Virus record (IMG/VR): IMGVR_UViG_3300021440_000014
Coordinates: 64,001 to 128,000 of that record
Strand: one strand, 5' to 3'
DNA length: 64,000 nt
From: a virus
This document shows positions 58,891 through 64,000 of this stretch, piece by piece. The first letter of the stretch is position 1. Each line of letters opens with the position of its first letter. Position numbers and translations under genes: made by a program. The notes beneath the pieces are model-generated. The model did not search any database. It was not told the DNA's origin and saw only the letters and a program-made list of their open reading frames with translations.

Positions 58891-59699
58891 TTTGCTCCTG
58901 TGCAGTTTTTACATATCGAATAAGGTGTGCCGCCATTCCTAAGCTCTTTTCTAGCCTTTTTCCATTTTTTATTCCCTCTCCAAATATCTAATATAGGCTC
59001 ATGGATAACATTTCCTTCTATGTTTTCATGTTTGTAATCGCAGCAGCAAATAGATATATCTCCGTTAATTCGTATCGGTAAAACTCTTTTTGGGCTATTA
59101 CAGTATCCAAGCTTAGGATTATTAACTGCTACTACTCCAGCAATGTTCATTAATTCCTTCTTATCTATCTTTGAATAAGTGAAAATATATGGATATTTAT
59201 CACAAATAAGCTTTATTCTTTCTTCCCATCCCGGTTTAAGCGGTGGATGCTGAGTAATAGCAACCCTTTCAACTCCAGATTTTACCAATCTGTCAGCCAG
59301 TTCCATCGTCAAAAGATCTCCATTCGTAAAAATAATAGGCATTGACTTCGGAAGTTCTCTTTTTGTTTTTTCAATAAAAAAACATATCTCTGGATTAAGA
59401 AGAGGCTCGTTTAAATAGTGATATCCAACTGGACCAGCCCAATTGATTTGTTTTAGTCTACTGATTATTATATTAAAAATACCAATACTTATAAATTCTG
59501 GTTTTATCGGCGCAACGCTATTTGGGCAGTAATAGCAAGCCCTATTACATTGCGTGGAAGTCTCTATCCAGATAGCTTGAGGAAAGCGAAAATCTCGATA
59601 TTTTATAAAATTATATACTGAAATATATAGTAATTTTAATTTAAAAATTAGACTAAAGTGATTGAATCTCCTTAAGAAAGAGAGAGCTATATTTCTCAT
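58887..59699 (-). CDS. radical SAM/SPASM protein
   Basis: CNRACYYC, NEPL, TNG, C-terminal CC...GN...C..C. Confidence 0.85.
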   Translation of the reverse strand: MRNIALSFLRRFNHFSLIFKLKLLYISVYNFIKYRDFRFPQAIWIETSTQCNRACYYCPNSVAPIKPEFISIGIFNIIISRLKQINWAGPVGYHYLNEPLLNPEICFFIEKTKRELPKSMPIIFTNGDLLTMELADRLVKSGVERVAITQHPPLKPGWEERIKLICDKYPYIFTYSKIDKKELMNIAGVVAVNNPKLGYCNSPKRVLPIRINGDISICCCDYKHENIEGNVIHEPILDIWRGNKKWKKARKELRNGGTPYSICKNCTGAK

Positions 59700-59976
59700 T
59701 TTATTAAACAGATGATTTGTCCTCTAAATCTGCCTTCAAAAACGCAACAGCGTAAATTAAAGGTATAAATATATAAAATTTATCTGTTTTGGCCATTAAA
59801 TAAAAAGAAAATGAACAAAATAAAATATCATATAAATTAATAGTTTTTCTGGCTAAAAAATTGTTTACTTTTGTCAAAACTGTTTTCATATATTCATATT
59901 ATATCCTTTTTATAAAAAGACAATAAAAAAACCCAGAAATCTTTCGACTTCTGGGCTTGGCTATAGACTCCGCAAA

Positions 59977-60201
59977 TTACTTAGGTTGTTCTTCTTTTTC
60001 GCCGAACCTCTGGACAGTTTTACCGGCAACAGCCACGCCAAACATGGTTATAACACTTTCTGGCACGGGCTGCAAAGCTAGAGACTTAACTGATAGATAA
60101 ATCCAAGGAACAAGAATACCAAAAGCCCAAGCTATTAAAATTAACCTAGAACTACTTAGTCCACCGCTATTATCTTGAAAGAATTCTAATAATTTATTCA
60201 T
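59977..60201 (-). CDS. two-TM holin-like membrane protein
   Basis: SSSRL motif, two hydrophobic helices, GTGTAA upstream; start moved to MNKLL. Confidence 0.45.
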   Translation of the reverse strand: MNKLLEFFQDNSGGLSSSRLILIAWAFGILVPWIYLSVKSLALQPVPESVITMFGVAVAGKTVQRFGEKEEQPK

Positions 60202-60268
60202 ATTATGATTTACACATAATATGGGCATTTTTTACCACTTTCTATCTTTTGAAGATAGATGTCAGCCA

Positions 60269-61108
60269 TTAGCCTAGTTTATTAATGATATCCATATAAT
60301 CGCAGTCAAATAGTATTAAAAACCCGCTTTGATGAATGAATTTTACTCCGTCTAAATTTTTACATACATTAAAATCAATTAATGGGTTTTTTCTGGTAAG
60401 TCTATATTTACCATCTATTCTAGTATTTAAAGCTAAAGTAATATCAACTCCGTTTTTCTTTTCAAACTCAGAAGCGGGAATTGAATGTGTAGCCTCTACT
60501 TTTAAAGAAGTATAATCTGCAATAGTTAATCCATTCGTCAATTTAATAATTTTAGCCTTTTCATCTACTTCTTCTTTGTAAATTAAATATTCTTGATAGG
60601 AGTCTACTATAAAATCACCAATTGATGTCATTATACTCCCCAAATTGCTGGTTCTTTCTACTTCTGTGTATCCAGAGAATATATCTATCATTGCTTTTTC
60701 CACGGGAGAAAATACAAAAGGAATAGATTCGTTTGGGCATTTTAAAAAATTAGCTAATTTTTCAGGACCGCAATGATCGTAAATTTCAGTAGCCTTAATC
60801 CAAGGAGTAGCATTATAATTTCTCATTCCTAGATAATCCAATAAAAGAGTAAAGGCACATTGTTCCCCTCCTTTAATTTGATGGTGATCAAAATTAAGAA
60901 GATCCTCAGAATGTATTTTGCCAAAATCGCAAATTATACAATTTGGATCATTAAGCTCTTCGTCTGTCGGCCAAGTCTTTCTTTGAATCTTATCAACATT
61001 TGACAATGATAAAATCAAACAAGCACAAAGGAAATCATCTAAATGAGCATACCCGTCATGAACTATAGCCTTGGTTACTCGATCTAAATTTGGAATTAAT
61101 TTTTTCAT
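60269..61108 (-). CDS. MYG1-like (DHH) exonuclease
   Basis: HDG.AHLDD, D.G, FDHHQ, FIHQSGF. Confidence 0.75.
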   Translation of the reverse strand: MKKLIPNLDRVTKAIVHDGYAHLDDFLCACLILSLSNVDKIQRKTWPTDEELNDPNCIICDFGKIHSEDLLNFDHHQIKGGEQCAFTLLLDYLGMRNYNATPWIKATEIYDHCGPEKLANFLKCPNESIPFVFSPVEKAMIDIFSGYTEVERTSNLGSIMTSIGDFIVDSYQEYLIYKEEVDEKAKIIKLTNGLTIADYTSLKVEATHSIPASEFEKKNGVDITLALNTRIDGKYRLTRKNPLIDFNVCKNLDGVKFIHQSGFLILFDCDYMDIINKLG

Positions 61109-61260
61109 ATTTTTAATTGCAATTTATATTATTACAAATACCCCTACCCCTAGAAGTATAATTAAGGCGACCGTTGCATTTATAACAAAATCCAAAGAAA
61201 GCCCAAATTTTTCTCTTGTAGTAAATTCTTTTATATTCTAATTTTTGCCAGTTCACAAGC

Positions 61261-61899
61261 TTAATCTATATATTTGTTAGAGTTTTCGGACACTTTTTCT
61301 GGATCTATTCCTAGCAAAAATTGAGTTAAACAACCATTGCAAGCGTAGTAACCTTGATTCGCGTATTTAAACATTCTTCTAAGGCTTGCGACCGGATAAG
61401 TAATTTTATTGACAACTATTCTTTTGTTAGCAATATCCCATAGCGCGAAATCTGAACAGTAAAATTCCTCGCCATCTGTTGCTAGTTGACAAAGTGTAAA
61501 ATCGAAAGAATCCAGCAGCGATTCAACTTTATCGTAATATTGAATACTTATTAATTGATAAATAATACCTTCATAAAGGATACTTCCATCTTCCGCTAAA
61601 ATATCAACAACGAGTTTAAGATTGAACTCATTTTTAGTTTCTGACTTTATCTTAATATTCTTATCAGATTTAATTCCTACATAAAATTCATCGAACTTCT
61701 CTTTAGATCTGAAGAAAAAATCAAAATCTGAATCCATTTTAGCACCAGTAATCATACGTCTGAGTGCTCCTCCCGCTAACCAACCATATTCTTTAATTTC
61801 TGGAGTATAAGCCGTCATTACATCATTAAACAGATTAAATCCTTTTGTAGCTGTATTTACCCTTGTTTGTATAAAATTGCCTAATTTAAATGTTTGCAT
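61261..61899 (-). CDS. nucleotidyltransferase (CCA/poly(A) polymerase head-like)
   Basis: WLAGGALRR, DFDFFF, SFDFT.CQ, R..KY...GY. Confidence 0.7.
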   Translation of the reverse strand: MQTFKLGNFIQTRVNTATKGFNLFNDVMTAYTPEIKEYGWLAGGALRRMITGAKMDSDFDFFFRSKEKFDEFYVGIKSDKNIKIKSETKNEFNLKLVVDILAEDGSILYEGIIYQLISIQYYDKVESLLDSFDFTLCQLATDGEEFYCSDFALWDIANKRIVVNKITYPVASLRRMFKYANQGYYACNGCLTQFLLGIDPEKVSENSNKYID

Positions 61900-62076
61900 A
61901 ATTTTATCTTTTGATTTCGAAATCTTTGTTACAAATAGAGCATTTTATCACGTATTTTCCTCCGTATTCAACCTGAATGGGAGTATGGTGTCTGCAATGC
62001 CTCGACTTACAGTAAGCCTCGCTTACACCTGTAACATCGCATAAAAATTTTAAAAAATTCCAAATAATATTCATGA

Positions 62077-62568
62077 TTAGCTTAAGTCCTGTTCTCTGGC
62101 GCAGATTAAAACTCGAATTCCTGAATTTTCAAAAACCTCTTGAATCATCGTATTAACGATATTCCAGTTTCCTCCCGCCAAACCACATTGAAATTTATAA
62201 GGAATACCTAGCGTTTTACATCCATTAAATTTTACGCCAAAACTATTCCGAACGGCCTCAAGGACTCTGTATGTCGCTTCATAATTACAGGCGCGAATGT
62301 CAGTTCGCGGCTCAAACTGACAGTAACCATTTACCACATATTTGATTTTACATGGAGAATAGTTTGGCTTGGTTATTCTGGCAAAAGAATAAGTTCCTAA
62401 TTTCTTTCTGTCGCCTGATTTAGTCGCTTCATCGGCAATAATCGCTTCTGGCAAAAGCTTCCTTATCTGCCCCGCAATGCCAGAATACATTGCATTGCAG
62501 CAATTAGCTCCATGAAGCAAGACATCTATATTCTGCTCAAAAATATCACCCGTAATAAGTTTTATCAT
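62077..62568 (-). CDS. macro domain protein (ADP-ribose binding/hydrolase)
   Basis: GDIF, HGANC.N.M.SGIA, CGLAGG.W. Confidence 0.85.
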   Translation of the reverse strand: MIKLITGDIFEQNIDVLLHGANCCNAMYSGIAGQIRKLLPEAIIADEATKSGDRKKLGTYSFARITKPNYSPCKIKYVVNGYCQFEPRTDIRACNYEATYRVLEAVRNSFGVKFNGCKTLGIPYKFQCGLAGGNWNIVNTMIQEVFENSGIRVLICAREQDLS

Positions 62569-62625
62569 AAAAAAATCGTAGTATTTTTATCTACTACGAT
62601 TATGTTACTCTTTCTTTTTCCAAAA

Positions 62626-63252
62626 TCAAGCCTTTTTAGTATAAATAAACGGAGTCCAATCTTTGTGCCTTATTTCTTCTGGAATAAAGCACAAAACAGG
62701 AGACGGCTCTTTTGGTTGCTTAATCAAATTAAGGCCGACTTCATGATTAAACTTGTCGCCTTTTTTTGAATTAATGTTTTTGTCAGCGAGAACAACGTTA
62801 GTCCAAGTATCTTTTCCCCCCTTCGATTTAGGGACCACATGATCCAAGTTGCCCGTTGACTTTGTTAGTTTTTTACCAGTATATTGGCAGACTCCTCCGT
62901 CTCTCTCCCAAATTGCCTGAGCGGTAAATCTCTTCACCTTCTTAGGCACTTTGCTAAAGTTAACGGCAATTAAAACCGTAGGAACTCTAATAGTTCTTTT
63001 TGAGGTATTAATAGACAAGTCCCCTTCGCGCACTGGAAGGTCTATCCACTTATCAAAAGTCAAAGGCTCGGCAAAAACAAGCTCATTTGGATCTTCTTTA
63101 GAAAACTCAATATTCAATGCGAGCATTGGCGGTGAGCCTTCCTCTCCGCTACCACCACACATTGCTATCAATGCGTCTTTGACAGACTTTTGGCCGATTG
63201 CCTCCCAATGAGAGTTAAGCACCAAAACTATTTTGGCGTCAATTATGTTCAT
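62626..63252 (-). CDS. HNH endonuclease
   Basis: VLVLN, RDGGVCQY, DHVVPKSKGG..TWTNVV...N.KKG. Confidence 0.85.
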   Translation of the reverse strand: MNIIDAKIVLVLNSHWEAIGQKSVKDALIAMCGGSGEEGSPPMLALNIEFSKEDPNELVFAEPLTFDKWIDLPVREGDLSINTSKRTIRVPTVLIAVNFSKVPKKVKRFTAQAIWERDGGVCQYTGKKLTKSTGNLDHVVPKSKGGKDTWTNVVLADKNINSKKGDKFNHEVGLNLIKQPKEPSPVLCFIPEEIRHKDWTPFIYTKKA

Positions 63253-63259
63253 TCTTCTT

Positions 63260-63637
63260 TTATACTACATTTTTAAAAGAAGTCAATAATTTCTCAATAT
63301 TATACTTGCCTATTACGTTCATGCTATGAACATGGCATTCTGGAAGTTTAAATTTATTTTCCTTGCAAAATTCAATTAAAAATTCTGCGCAATGATATCC
63401 GGTTTCTTTATCTATCTTAGAGTAGTCAAAACCTTTAAAGGAACTATTAGCATATATCTCATAGTGAGACGGAGTTAAATCATGATCAAATGAAACTATG
63501 CTCGGCAGTCCCGCCTTCTTTATTGTTTTTTTGAAGTCTTCATAATTTCTAACAATTACCCAATCAACTGGAGGAAGATCTAGCCATTTAACGTCGCTCG
63601 GTTTTCTTACGTCGTCTAAAAATAGATTGTATTTCAT
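63260..63637 (-). CDS. cyclic-phosphate-processing receiver-like domain protein
   Basis: LFLDD.R, SFDHDL, TGY, HSMN..G. Confidence 0.7.
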   Translation of the reverse strand: MKYNLFLDDVRKPSDVKWLDLPPVDWVIVRNYEDFKKTIKKAGLPSIVSFDHDLTPSHYEIYANSSFKGFDYSKIDKETGYHCAEFLIEFCKENKFKLPECHVHSMNVIGKYNIEKLLTSFKNVV

Positions 63638-63807
63638 TTTTTCTTTAGCGTCTTTTTGCCCTTACAGGCTGGGCATTCAGTTTTTTCGGCTACGATGAAT
63701 CCGGTTCCGTTGCAATAAGAACATTTTTCGCTCCAATTTATTTCAGAGTAGTTATCTCTAAAATTCTTTGAGAAATTATTTCTGGGCCTAGAACCTTTTC
63801 CATTCAT
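63634..63807 (-). CDS. small zinc-finger protein
   Basis: MNGKGSRPR...CSYCNGTG...CPACKG (own translation). Confidence 0.55.
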   Translation of the reverse strand: MNGKGSRPRNNFSKNFRDNYSEINWSEKCSYCNGTGFIVAEKTECPACKGKKTLKKK

Positions 63808-63809
63808 AA

Positions 63810-64000
63810 TTAAACAACAGATCTACCGGATTCTTTCCAAGAAGAGTCTGAATCTACCTCATTGTTTCTATCTATTGCAGATTTTATTATGTATGATTTC
63901 ATGGAAACTTGCTCCATTTGATTCAACATAGAACTCATATCCTTTGGGAAGCATGTTCCGCCAAAACCAAATTTTCCTTTATTACCCGGAACTTTCGTAT
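63810..64000 (-). CDS. UDP-glucose/GDP-mannose dehydrogenase-like protein, C-terminal part
   Basis: VPG..GKFGFGGTCFPKD motif; truncated by the window edge. Confidence 0.8.
   Translation of the reverse strand, partial: TKVPGNKGKFGFGGTCFPKDMSSMLNQMEQVSMKSYIIKSAIDRNNEVDSDSSWKESGRSVV

Noticed and set aside
2662-63211. Numerous antisense or nested 60-150 aa ORFs in the track
   Set aside because: They are shadows of better-supported genes, with no motifs or promoters.
1-64000. Stop-codon reassignment
   Set aside because: Long conserved genes are intact in the standard code, and no suppressor tRNA was seen.

Overview
This is 64 kb of a large, AT-rich, tailed dsDNA phage genome in the standard genetic code. 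1-13 kb (mostly minus strand) holds late and core genes: virion proteins, portal, large terminase, ERCC4-type nuclease, a sigma-like factor, PhoH and an AAA ATPase. After an AT-rich non-coding break (about 13.0-13.45 kb) comes a roughly 20 kb host-takeover-like island of small genes, including ArdC, an ART-like protein, a lysozyme-like protein, DUF932 and five tRNAs. Many of these genes have their own TTGACW-N16-TAnnnT promoter 6 nt before the ATG. After a second non-coding break (about 33.3-34.2 kb) are rIIA/rIIB, a RuvB-like ATPase, RNA-repair-type enzymes, a TAXI/membrane cassette and glycan-modification genes. The most striking content is non-coding. It includes a circularly permuted, CCA-retaining tRNA-like RNA directly behind a 252-aa gene (52.2-53.3 kb); an array of five stem-closed RNAs (49.4-50.06 kb), one being a tRNA-like fold nested in the anticodon arm of another; and paralogs of two of those RNAs in the tRNA cluster at 25.75-26.0 kb. 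There is also a four-copy promoter-driven short RNA element and a set of back-to-back sigma54-like TGCCA-N20-TGGCA sites. Some proteins hint at a Verrucomicrobia-like host (inference). All calls come from reading motifs by eye; no searches or folding programs were run.
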